The notes: generated by a model from the sequence alone, not told the origin. DNA of 26,872 nt from Candidatus Woesearchaeota archaeon (GCA_964500345.1 CAZCNK010000003.1:6568-33439); one strand, 5' to 3'. Shown: positions 8,076 through 16,545, counted from the stretch's first letter. Translations and numbers: made by a program.

Positions 8076-8216
8076 ATGAAGCAGGAAATGGTTATGATCT
8101 CACGTGAAGAATATGAACAGCTTAAGAAACAAGCTGAAATAGACATGGATATATTACGCCAATTTATTAGCAGCTTAAAAGATCTAAAAGAAGGCAGAAT
8201 AAGAAGGGTTAAGTAA
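8076..8216 (+). CDS. Small putative antitoxin (46 aa)
   Basis: MKQEMVMISREEYEQLKKQAEIDMDILRQFISSLKDLKEGRIRRVK; the V.ISREEYE.L and D.KEGR pattern is typical of small archaeal antitoxin-like proteins. TATATAAA at 8046-8053 supports ATG 8076 over the track start 8031. Confidence 0.65.
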   Translation: MKQEMVMISREEYEQLKKQAEIDMDILRQFISSLKDLKEGRIRRVK

Positions 8217-8535
8217 ACGGAAATTTTTTCAGTAACTCTAATATTTCATCTTTGTAAATATCCAACATCAAAAATATTGTATTAATCGCTTTCTGTTGGT
8301 CTTTCTTACTGCTGATAGCAACCATCAAAACAGACTTTAAATCATCGTATATCAGATAATACACTCTAAATTTATCGTGTTTCTTTTCACGACACCAAGG
8401 TACTCTGATTTGATCTCCTACATATGGATTTTCAACTAGCTGATCCTCAATCTTTTCTAACCATCTTTTAAATTCTAAGGGGTGCTTTTCTAATTCTTCA
8501 TCGAATGTATTAGAATGGAATACTTTATAGAGCAT
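8209..8535 (-). CDS. RelE/ParE-superfamily toxin-like protein
   Basis: YKVFHSNTFDEE...QLVENPYVGD...REKK...FRVYYLI...VLMVAIS.KK; RelE-like size and strand order. TTTAAATA (8564-8557) supports ATG 8535 (108 aa). Confidence 0.75.
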   Translation of the reverse strand: MLYKVFHSNTFDEELEKHPLEFKRWLEKIEDQLVENPYVGDQIRVPWCREKKHDKFRVYYLIYDDLKSVLMVAISSKKDQQKAINTIFLMLDIYKDEILELLKKFPFT

Positions 8536-8590
8536 TATCAAAAAAATATTTATCAATATTTAAAGCTACTGCCATCTAAAGTTCTAGAAT

Positions 8591-9349
8591 TTAAGATTTT
8601 ATTTCTCTGAAAAAGTAATAGAGGATTAGGATTATAATTGAGGCTAGTAGGGAGAAAACTATTGAGGCAAAGATGGGAAGGAAATATGAGAAGATTGCGA
8701 GGAGGGTGATTAGGAAAAAGGAGAAGATGTAAAGAAAGCGAGAGCCAAAAAAGATTGTCATTCCGTTGAGTTTTGGCAATGGGAGAATGTTGGAGATTGC
8801 TAATGAGAGATTTATAATGTAAAGAGATTCGAGATTGAGAAATTTTGAGAGCAATGCTATGATCATGCAGGTAATTATTGGGCAGAGGGCTATTACAGAA
8901 GATTCATATTCTGTGACTTCTGAGAATTTTTTTCCAATTCTATGTGGTTTAAAGGCTGAGATTTGAGTTTGAAGAACGGCAGAGAATGGAAGAGAGCCTT
9001 TTGAGAATAGAATTACTAGGATTGGGAGAATAATTCCTAAAGGAATTGTTTCATAAAGTTTTGGTTCTGGCTGTTTTGATTTTATATAACCTGATTCTCT
9101 GATGAGGAATCTTCTTGTGTACCAGACTCTGTACTCTGAGTTAGCTCTGTAAATAGAGGAGATTATTTTTTGGGAGAGAATAAAGATTAGTAAAGAGATA
9201 AATGAGAGGAGGGTTACGAAGAGATAATTTTGAAACCAAAGAGAGAGGATAAAAACTGGTCTTTTATCATCAAAACCAAATACAAATCCAAGGATAATAG
9301 AGGAGAGAAGTAAATGAAGCACCTCTTTTTTTGTAAAGGAGATTGACAT
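8591..9349 (-). CDS. Multi-pass membrane protein, degenerate site-2-protease (M50)-like
   Basis: 252 aa; SNILPLPKLNG aligns with the M50 NxxPxxxxDG motif but has N for D, and no HExxH is present. Confidence 0.6.
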   Translation of the reverse strand: MSISFTKKEVLHLLLSSIILGFVFGFDDKRPVFILSLWFQNYLFVTLLSFISLLIFILSQKIISSIYRANSEYRVWYTRRFLIRESGYIKSKQPEPKLYETIPLGIILPILVILFSKGSLPFSAVLQTQISAFKPHRIGKKFSEVTEYESSVIALCPIITCMIIALLSKFLNLESLYIINLSLAISNILPLPKLNGMTIFFGSRFLYIFSFFLITLLAIFSYFLPIFASIVFSLLASIIILILYYFFREIKS

Positions 9350-9371
9350 TTTTAACCTTTTGAAATGGCTT

Positions 9372-10073
9372 TTAACTTATTGAATTTTGGGTTGAGTATT
9401 TTTTTACTAGGCTCATAGCATCATCTTCATGACCTGCTCCGATAAAAGCTACTACCTTGTTGTTTTTATTATGGCTAAGTTTATATAAAGCTTTTGCAAG
9501 GATCTCGTTTCTTTCTTCTATTAAGATTTTATGAAGGGAGGGGTATTTTAATTTAAGTTGAGAAGTGAGCTCTTTTATAAGTTTTTTTGGCGGGACTTTT
9601 CTTATGTCAAAACCTAGGGATTGTTTTGTTTTTAAGGAAAAAATTGTTGTTAGCAAGTCGAATAATAAAGAGAGCTTTTCTTTCCAAGTTATATTTCTAG
9701 AGATTTTTTTTAAAGTGATGTCAATATCTTGATCTATTAAATAGATTTTTGCATTGATTTTTTTTGCAGATTTTATTGCTTGCTTCATTTCTGAACCTGG
9801 CATTACACCTATTGCTTTGCCTAGCTTGTTTTCAAAGTAAGCGCCTATTATGTTAAAGAGAAATCCTTTGAGGCCGAGTTGCTTTAATTTTTTGATGGAG
9901 AACTTTGAGAACATTTTTTGTTTTTTGTAAAGCAATGAATAAAATCTCTTTTTATCCAGTTCCAGAGCAACTATGTTTGGTTTTACTTTTTCTATTACAA
10001 TAGAGACTTCTCTAATTGAATATGGAGAGATGTGAGATGTTCCTACTATATACAGGTTTTTAAAATGGAGCAT
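9372..10073 (-). CDS. TraB/PrgY/GumN (Tiki-like) family protein, soluble short form
   Basis: GTSH, VALELD..R, PGSEM..A, LIDQDI.IT, LIEERN and GAGH motifs. ATG 10073 is preferred to the track start 10142, which overlaps the divergent gene. Confidence 0.88.
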   Translation of the reverse strand: MLHFKNLYIVGTSHISPYSIREVSIVIEKVKPNIVALELDKKRFYSLLYKKQKMFSKFSIKKLKQLGLKGFLFNIIGAYFENKLGKAIGVMPGSEMKQAIKSAKKINAKIYLIDQDIDITLKKISRNITWKEKLSLLFDLLTTIFSLKTKQSLGFDIRKVPPKKLIKELTSQLKLKYPSLHKILIEERNEILAKALYKLSHNKNNKVVAFIGAGHEDDAMSLVKKYSTQNSIS

Positions 10074-10085
10074 AGAAAAAGAAAT

Positions 10086-10102
10086 ATTTATATACTTTAA
10101 AT
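10086..10102. promoter_or_regulatory. Back-to-back TATA boxes for the divergent traB-like and PRC-barrel genes
   Basis: TTTATATA (10087-10094) is 23 nt before ATG 10118; TTTAAA (10096-10101) is 22 nt before minus-strand ATG 10073; 16/17 identical to 1793-1809. Confidence 0.6.
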
Positions 10103-10117
10103 TGTTTCCTATTGAAT

Positions 10118-10420
10118 ATGCTGAGAGTAAAAAAGATAACACAGGTGTATGATATGAAGGTATTTACTGATTCTGGGGAGTATTTTGGAGACATTGAAGA
10201 GGGGATATTAGCAGCTAATAAGATTTTTGGTTGGAGGGTAAGGGCAACTAGAAATAGCTCTTTGCAAAAGATATTAGGGGGGGCTAAGGGAGTAATTGTG
10301 CCTCATAGACTTGTTAGAGCAATTGGGGATATAATGATAATTAGCAAGAGTGCAATTCCTAATTATAGAGAAGAGGAAATGGAACAACAGAGTGTGCAGA
10401 GTGTAGAGGGAAGGATTTAG
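10118..10420 (+). CDS. PRC-barrel domain protein
   Basis: MKVFTDSGEYFGDIEE...GVIVPHRLVRAIGDIMII is the PRC-barrel pattern; acidic C-terminal tail. Confidence 0.88.
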   Translation: MLRVKKITQVYDMKVFTDSGEYFGDIEEGILAANKIFGWRVRATRNSSLQKILGGAKGVIVPHRLVRAIGDIMIISKSAIPNYREEEMEQQSVQSVEGRI

Positions 10421-10485
10421 TGAGCTTATAAGTAGTTCTTTAATAGCGATTTTAATTGGTTAAATAAGAGAAGCTGTGTAGAAAC

Positions 10486-10501
10486 CCTAATATTTATTAG
10501 G
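10486..10501. promoter_or_regulatory. 16-bp near-perfect palindrome (CCTAATA-TT-TATTAGG), candidate operator
   Basis: 7-bp inverted arms lie just upstream of a TTTTTATA box (about 10509-10516) preceding the 10547 operon. Confidence 0.35.
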
Positions 10502-10546
10502 AGTAACCTTTTTATATTAGTATTCTTATTGATTTAAAGAGGAAAA

Positions 10547-11224
10547 GTGAGAATTTTGAAAAAGAAAAAAGAGGTAAAGGGAAAGAGTGATAATAATCTA
10601 TTTTATGCTTTGGTTGTATTTGGAATTGTTTTCTTTTTTGGATTATTAAGCGGGGGCAGTTTTACTGGGGCTCAGATTGTTGAGAGAACTCCTTTGGAGA
10701 ATGCAATTGAATTTTTGAGGAGTTTTGGTTTTTTTAGTGTTGTTTTACCATTCTTGCTTGTGTTTACAATTATTTTTGGGATATTAGAGAAGACAAGGAT
10801 ATTTGGGGAGGAAGAGATAAAAGGAAAGAAACATCCCAAGAAGAGCTTGAATGCGATGGTTGCATTTAGCATTGCTTTTTTTGTTGTTGCTGCTTCGAAT
10901 ATAGTAGGTGCAATTCAGGCTTCCTTGCCTTTAATATCTTTATTCTTAGTTATCATTGTAGCATTTTTACTTTTAGTTGGAATATTTTTTAGTGATAAAG
11001 AATTTTCTTTTTATGAAAAATTTCCTGGTTTTACTAAGATTATAATAGGTGTTGTTGTTATCGCTGTGTTAGCTGTTTTTTTAAATGCTTTTGGTTTTTT
11101 AAGTCCTATAACAAGTTTTTTTGTGGGTGGTGCAAGTGGGACTATTGGAGCATCGATAATTTTTTTAATTATAATTATTGCAGCATTATGGTATATTGTT
11201 GGAGGAAAAAAGGAGAAGGAATAA
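10547..11224 (+). CDS. Multi-pass membrane protein, paralog 1 of a tandem triplet
   Basis: LPFLLVFTIIFGILEKT...LNAMVAF motif shared with the next two genes; extra N-terminal TM ending SFTGAQI; GTG start. Confidence 0.85.
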   Translation: MRILKKKKEVKGKSDNNLFYALVVFGIVFFFGLLSGGSFTGAQIVERTPLENAIEFLRSFGFFSVVLPFLLVFTIIFGILEKTRIFGEEEIKGKKHPKKSLNAMVAFSIAFFVVAASNIVGAIQASLPLISLFLVIIVAFLLLVGIFFSDKEFSFYEKFPGFTKIIIGVVVIAVLAVFLNAFGFLSPITSFFVGGASGTIGASIIFLIIIIAALWYIVGGKKEKE

Positions 11225-11773
11225 ATGGCAGTTAGTTTAACTGATTTGATAGGAAGATGGCAAGATCTTGGGATATATGATGTAGCTTTGCCTTTTTTGC
11301 TTGTTTTTGTTATTGTTTTTGGGATATTACAAAAAGTTAATTTGTTTGGAGAGAAATCCAAGAATTTGAATGCAGTGGTTGCTTTGGTTGCTGGATTAGT
11401 CTTCTTACAAAATACCTTCTTGGTTTTTACTCTGCAAAGATATTTGGCTAGAATGAGTTTTGCATTGGTTGTATTTTTGATGTTTTTGTTATTGATAGGT
11501 ATATTTGCTGGAAAATATAAAGGTTTGAAAAATGGGGCTTTAACTACTGCATTTGTTGTTTCGATAATAGTAATGGTATGGGCATTATCATCTGAATTTT
11601 TTGGAATGCCTGGAGAGGATGATTTTTTTCAGTGGTGGGATAGTATTGACCCTGTTACAAAGACAACCTTTTGGTTTGTTGTGGTAATTATACTTGTTAT
11701 TAGTTTTGCTTTGGGTGGGAGTGAGAAAGGGGGAGAAGGAGGATTTTGGAAGGGAATAAAGGGTGAAGAGTAA
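11225..11773 (+). CDS. Multi-pass membrane protein, paralog 2
   Basis: LPFLLVFVIVFGILQKV...LNAVVAL; starts immediately after the upstream stop. Confidence 0.85.
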   Translation: MAVSLTDLIGRWQDLGIYDVALPFLLVFVIVFGILQKVNLFGEKSKNLNAVVALVAGLVFLQNTFLVFTLQRYLARMSFALVVFLMFLLLIGIFAGKYKGLKNGALTTAFVVSIIVMVWALSSEFFGMPGEDDFFQWWDSIDPVTKTTFWFVVVIILVISFALGGSEKGGEGGFWKGIKGEE

Positions 11774-11782
11774 TTAATTAAT

Positions 11783-12301
11783 ATGGCAACAATTTTGGAA
11801 ACTGGATTAATTGAATTTTTAATGCCTGCTATTGTGTTTTTATTTGTTTTGGTAACTGGTTATGCGTTGTTGATGAAAGTGAAGTTCTTTGGGAGCAATA
11901 AGGGATTAAATGGACTGATTGCTTTTATAATTGCTTTGCTGTTTTTTATTGTGCCTCAGATGAGGACCGTTGTTACTTTGTTTACACCTTGGGTTAGTTT
12001 ATTGACTATTTTAGTTGTTGCGCTTTTTGTTTTTTTTATGTTTCTTGGAGTGAAAGAAGAGAAGGTAGTTAAGGTAACAATGGAGAGTGCTGTTTTTATG
12101 ACTATTGTAATAGCTGCAATTTTGATTTTGTTTTTGATTGCATTGACACAGGCATTTGGACCTTTTTTAATAACGAATCAAGAACCCGGGTTTTGGAATG
12201 CAGTGAAGAGGGTTGTTTTTAGTCCAATGGTATTAGGGGCTTTTTTTATAATCATATTAGGCTCTTATGCTGTTAAGTTTATAGCAGAGTATGAAAAATG
12301 A
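11783..12301 (+). CDS. Multi-pass membrane protein, paralog 3 (more diverged)
   Basis: FLFVLVTGYALLMKVKFFG.NKGLNGLIAF aligns with the same motif. Confidence 0.85.
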   Translation: MATILETGLIEFLMPAIVFLFVLVTGYALLMKVKFFGSNKGLNGLIAFIIALLFFIVPQMRTVVTLFTPWVSLLTILVVALFVFFMFLGVKEEKVVKVTMESAVFMTIVIAAILILFLIALTQAFGPFLITNQEPGFWNAVKRVVFSPMVLGAFFIIILGSYAVKFIAEYEK

Positions 12302-12361
12302 GAAAAGTTGCGATATAAAAAACTGGAAGAAGATAGTAAAAACTTACGAAAATGCTTAAGC

Positions 12362-13000
12362 TTACTTTTTCTTTAGTTTTTCTGTCAGTTTTGTGAGCTC
12401 TTTGACGTTTGTTGTTAATGGGGAGATTATATTTTGGAGAAGTTTCTCGAGAGCTTTGATTTCTGTACCTACGTCTGAGATTCCTTTATCATAATCTTGA
12501 ATTTTTCCAAGAATGGCTTTTTGAAGATTTTCAAATCTTGATTCTATTCTAAGAATTTCTTGTTTTATTGAGAGGGTGTCTGTTTTAATTTTTTCTTTGA
12601 AAGCGTTTAAGTCTCCAATTTCTTCTAGAGCTTTTTGCCATTTTTCTGAGATTATTGATTCTGCTATTTCTTCTATTCTTTCAGTGTCTTGAGAGAAATT
12701 AAGATTTTGGAATTGTTGTGGTTGTGGTGGTTGGAATTGAGGGTACTGGAATCTTTGTTGTGCTTTTGAAACATCCATGATTGATGGCCTTAATTCTGAT
12801 TCTGGTGGTAGTGGTTGTGGGATTTGATTTTGTGGCGGCATTCCTTCTATGCTTACTTTAGTTTCTGCTTGCGAGAGGGCATCCGAGATTTGTTGGTAGG
12901 TGTAGCCTTCATCTTGCAATCTTTGAATTATTTTTTCATTTGGAAGGCCTTGCTGGATCATAGAAATAACTTCATCTGTTGGGATTTCATCTGCTGGCAA
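12362..13000 (-). CDS. Hypothetical protein: small helical N-domain, Gln/Pro-rich linker, long coiled coil
   Basis: QQGLPNEKIIQRLQDEGYTYQQISDAL; PPQNQIPQPLPP and QPPQPQQ linker; heptad-rich C-terminal half. The track start GTG 13009 lies inside a GGTGA RBS motif, so TTG 13000 is the likelier start. Confidence 0.8.
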   Translation of the reverse strand: MPADEIPTDEVISMIQQGLPNEKIIQRLQDEGYTYQQISDALSQAETKVSIEGMPPQNQIPQPLPPESELRPSIMDVSKAQQRFQYPQFQPPQPQQFQNLNFSQDTERIEEIAESIISEKWQKALEEIGDLNAFKEKIKTDTLSIKQEILRIESRFENLQKAILGKIQDYDKGISDVGTEIKALEKLLQNIISPLTTNVKELTKLTEKLKKK

Positions 13001-13017
13001 ATTTATCACCTTTCTTT

Positions 13018-13413
13018 TTATTCACTTTTTATTTTGTTTTTATTGGGTTTTACTAGTTTCAATTTTTCATCTAGGATTTTGTTTAATTGATCTTCTGTAA
13101 CAAAATTTAGTGGACTCCAGAGGTTAATATACTTTTCTAAAACTTTGATTTGATCTGATTTTGCGAAAGACTGCATTTCTTTTATTACATTTGAAAAAGT
13201 ATCTTTCATTTGAAAAAGATCCTTTTTCATTTCTCTTAGTTCTTCATTTAAAACTTTGATTTCTCTTAGAACTTTTTTATATTCTTCAATCATGTTTTGA
13301 TTTACAACAAGAAGACGCTCTGCTAGGAGGTTGTATTTGTTTTCCAGGGTTCTAACTCTTGCATTTAAATCTGATAGTATATAAGTTAGATCTTGTTCTG
13401 TTTCTTGGGGCAT
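13018..13413 (-). CDS. Hypothetical coiled-coil protein
   Basis: 131 aa; heptads (LNARVRTLENKYNLLAERL...), C-terminal EKYINLWSPLNFVT; co-oriented with the 12362 gene and divergent from the ATPase. Confidence 0.8.
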   Translation of the reverse strand: MPQETEQDLTYILSDLNARVRTLENKYNLLAERLLVVNQNMIEEYKKVLREIKVLNEELREMKKDLFQMKDTFSNVIKEMQSFAKSDQIKVLEKYINLWSPLNFVTEDQLNKILDEKLKLVKPNKNKIKSE

Positions 13414-13514
13414 TTTCCTCTTTTTCCTTTAAATTTTAAGGGAAGATGGCTATAAAAGTTTTTGGTTTTTTATTTTTTAATATGAGAAAGTTTTTAAATT
13501 AAGAGTTGCTTTTA

Positions 13515-15782
13515 ATGAATATGAGCGGGGAAAAGATTGAGGTGTTGGTGGAGGGGAGCGAGCAGGTTTTGAGAGTAGATGCTAATTCTTGGAGTTACAG
13601 TCCTAGTATTGAGGATAGCGCTTTGGTTATGGGTTATGTGATTGATAAATTAGTTGAAATTCCCGGGGTTAGCAGGATTGTTTTTAATCAGAGAAGAAAT
13701 TTTATTTATGAGTATGATCAAGTAAAGATATTAGTTGAGATAGCGCAGATATATGGCCATTTGGTTAAGGGAAAGAAGATATTTAGCTTAATTGGATATG
13801 ATGAGGGGAGCGGAAGATTTTTTGGGGAAAAGATTGGTATTTTGCAGTATTTGATTTATAATTTGTTGAGAAATGATCCTATTGGATGCTATGTAGAGGT
13901 AAAGAGATTAGTAAGAGAAGAAAGAATAAGGTTAGAGAAGGAGGGAGATTTGAGATTAATAGATGCAAGAAAGGAGTATATTGCCTTATTGAGTTATATT
14001 TTTAATTTGTTGGATAGAGCTAGAATAATTTCTTTAGTTAAAGAAGAGTTAGATGGATATAAGGTTGGTGAGAGAGGTTTGTATAAAAATTTATTTAGGG
14101 CGGTTATAACTCCAGATTTTATTTTTACTAGAATAATGAGCAGCCCTCCTTTGGATGGGGAAGAGATAGAGGCTTATAGTTTTGGCAAGAGTGATGTTGT
14201 GATTTACAAATTACCAGGAGAGATTAAATTATTGTATCATCTAAATGTGCCAGAGTTTAAATTGGATGAGGATGAATATATGCTAGTGGAGTTGGCCAGG
14301 AATGTTTTGGCTGAGCATAAACCGAGAGAAGAGGAATTCTTGGATCCGAGCAGAATGAGAGATACAATATATAATATTGGAAGAGATCTGTTGAATGAGC
14401 TGGCTGAGAATAAAGGTATTCAATTAGCTTATAAAAGGGTTGAGGAATTAGCTGAGATTTTGGTAAGATATACAGTAGGTTTTGGTGTGATTGAGATTTT
14501 GTTGCAGGATGAGAAGGTTCAAGATTTGAATATTAATGCACCTATTGGGCAAACAAATATTTTTATTGTGCATCAAGATTATGGAGAGTGTGTTACTAAT
14601 ATTATTCCGAGTAGAGAAGATGGAGAGGGATGGGCTACTAAATTTAGGCTGTTGAGTGGGAGACCTTTGGATGAGGCTAATCCAATTTTAGATACTGAGT
14701 TGAGTGTAAGCGGCGGAAGAAGTAGAGTAGCAGTGATTATGAATCCTTTGAGCCCTAATGGATTGGCTTTTGCATTTAGAAGGCATAGGGATAAACCTTG
14801 GACTTTGCCTTTGTTTATTGAAAATAGAATGTTGACTCCTTTAGCAGCAGGATTGATAAGCTTTTTAGTTGATGGAGGGAGAAGCATTATTTTTTCTGGA
14901 ACTAGATCGAGCGGTAAGACAAGTTTGATGCAGGCTATGATGCTGGAGATAATGAGGAAGTATAGAATTTTAACTGTTGAAGACACGCTTGAAATAAGTC
15001 AGGAGTATTTTAGAAAATTAGGATATAACATATTACCAATGAAGGTTAGGAGTGCTTTGATGAGTGGGGGGACTGAACTTGCAGCTGAAGAGGGAATAAG
15101 AACTAGTTTGAGGATGGGAGATAGCAGTTTGATTGTTGGAGAGGTTAGATCAAATGAGGCGAGGGCTATGTTTGAGGCAATGAGAGTAGGAGCTTTGGCA
15201 AATGTTGTTGCCGGAACAATTCACGGAGCAAGTCCTTATGCTGTTTTTGACAGGGTTGTAAATGATTTGGGTGTTCCAAGGACTAGTTTTAAGGCTGTTG
15301 ATGTAATTGTGATTAGTAATCCTGTGAGAAGCGCAGATGGATTGAGAAGTTTTAGGAGAGTTTTACAGATTTCTGAGGTGAGGAAGCATTGGGAAGAGGA
15401 TCCTTTAAGAGAAAAGGGATTTATTGATTTGATGAATTATGATAGCAAGTTAGATTTGTTAAAAGAAACTGATGATTTGAAGAATGGAGAGAGTGATGTA
15501 TTAAAGGAGATTGCTGGCAATGTTAGGGAGTGGGCTGGAAATTGGGATGGTGTTTGGGAGAATATTTTATTAAGGGCAAGGATAAAAGAGAGCTTAGTTA
15601 ATTTTGCTAGAAAGAGCGGAAATAAATTTTTATTAGAGGCTGATTTTGTTGTTAAGAGCAATGATCTTTTCCATAGAATTAGTGAAAAGATAATGGAGGA
15701 GGTTGGGTATTTGGACAGCAAGATGATTTATAGAGATTGGGAAGATTGGTGCAAGAGAGAAATAAAGGAGAAGAAAATTTAA
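13515..15782 (+). CDS. Type II/IV secretion, VirB11/TadA/CpaF-family pilus assembly ATPase
   Basis: Walker A GTRSSGKTS, Asp box VEDTLE, Walker B IVGEVRS, His box GTIHG, AFAFRR; long N-terminal extension. Start may be 13515 or 13521 (the track's 13506 is TTG). Confidence 0.92.
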   Translation: MNMSGEKIEVLVEGSEQVLRVDANSWSYSPSIEDSALVMGYVIDKLVEIPGVSRIVFNQRRNFIYEYDQVKILVEIAQIYGHLVKGKKIFSLIGYDEGSGRFFGEKIGILQYLIYNLLRNDPIGCYVEVKRLVREERIRLEKEGDLRLIDARKEYIALLSYIFNLLDRARIISLVKEELDGYKVGERGLYKNLFRAVITPDFIFTRIMSSPPLDGEEIEAYSFGKSDVVIYKLPGEIKLLYHLNVPEFKLDEDEYMLVELARNVLAEHKPREEEFLDPSRMRDTIYNIGRDLLNELAENKGIQLAYKRVEELAEILVRYTVGFGVIEILLQDEKVQDLNINAPIGQTNIFIVHQDYGECVTNIIPSREDGEGWATKFRLLSGRPLDEANPILDTELSVSGGRSRVAVIMNPLSPNGLAFAFRRHRDKPWTLPLFIENRMLTPLAAGLISFLVDGGRSIIFSGTRSSGKTSLMQAMMLEIMRKYRILTVEDTLEISQEYFRKLGYNILPMKVRSALMSGGTELAAEEGIRTSLRMGDSSLIVGEVRSNEARAMFEAMRVGALANVVAGTIHGASPYAVFDRVVNDLGVPRTSFKAVDVIVISNPVRSADGLRSFRRVLQISEVRKHWEEDPLREKGFIDLMNYDSKLDLLKETDDLKNGESDVLKEIAGNVREWAGNWDGVWENILLRARIKESLVNFARKSGNKFLLEADFVVKSNDLFHRISEKIMEEVGYLDSKMIYRDWEDWCKREIKEKKI

Positions 15783-15883
15783 TTTTGTTGATTTTGTTTG
15801 CAATATGTTGATCTGCCAGTTTTTGATTTCATAGTTTAATGATTTGTTAAGAAGCTTATTAATGTTTCTTTCAAAGCCCGCCA

Positions 15884-16366
15884 TTACAAGTTACGCTTAA
15901 TTATTTGTCTTGCAAAATTATCAATATCAGTCTTAGCAGAACTGTCCGACAAATTATATAAAATTTCAAAATCAAAACCTAAATCAAATGCCTCAAATAC
16001 AGAAGCTAGCACACAAGCGTCTAAATCTAAACCACAAAAATACAATTTTGAAATTTTGTTCTGACTCAAAAAATCAACAAATTGTTTTGATTTGAATATT
16101 GAATATGTGCTTTTTTCAAAAATATGATTTTTCAATGCAATTTCAGAAAGCTCTGGGGCAACATCACTGTCAGGAGATTTTTTACATTTATTCCAATTCA
16201 ATTTCTTAACAAAATTCGAGCTTTCCGAATTGATGAATTTCGAGAAGATAATGAAATCATATTTTTGTGATTCAATGTGCTTCTTAATTTTTTGAGGAAG
16301 TGTTTTAATTTTCTCGGTAATAAAACAATTCTGTAAGTCTAGAATGATAAGGGCAGTTCTGCTCAT
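15884..16366 (-). CDS. Isochorismatase / cysteine hydrolase family protein
   Basis: ALIILDLQNCF (Asp), FEKSTYS (Lys), CGLDLDACV (Cys) give the catalytic triad motifs. TTTATATA at about 16396-16389 favours ATG 16366 (track start 16375). Confidence 0.9.
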   Translation of the reverse strand: MSRTALIILDLQNCFITEKIKTLPQKIKKHIESQKYDFIIFSKFINSESSNFVKKLNWNKCKKSPDSDVAPELSEIALKNHIFEKSTYSIFKSKQFVDFLSQNKISKLYFCGLDLDACVLASVFEAFDLGFDFEILYNLSDSSAKTDIDNFARQIIKRNL

Positions 16367-16545
16367 AATAGTCATTAAATTAGATTGATATATAAATCAT
16401 CTCATTGAAGGCGGGCGGGGGGAAATGTCATCTAACAACTATTAAATGAGATAAATATTCGTTTAATAGTTTAAATTAGGATAAAAAGCAAGATTTATAC
16501 TAGAACGTAAGATAAGTGACGCTAACTTAACAGCTCTTTACATAA

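Noticed and set aside
7327-8600. Complete DGR cassette
   Set aside because: No reverse transcriptase, Avd or adenine-rich template repeat was found in the window; only the VR-like signature is supported.
10672-15721. ORFs 10672..10872, 11011..11361, 12815..13090, 14579..14986, 15437..15721
   Set aside because: Antisense shadows, favoured by stop-poor reverse frames under strong skew.
16399-16452. 8-bp inverted repeat (ATCTCATT/AATGAGAT) as MITE or IS ends
   Set aside because: Too short, no target-site duplication, no second copy.
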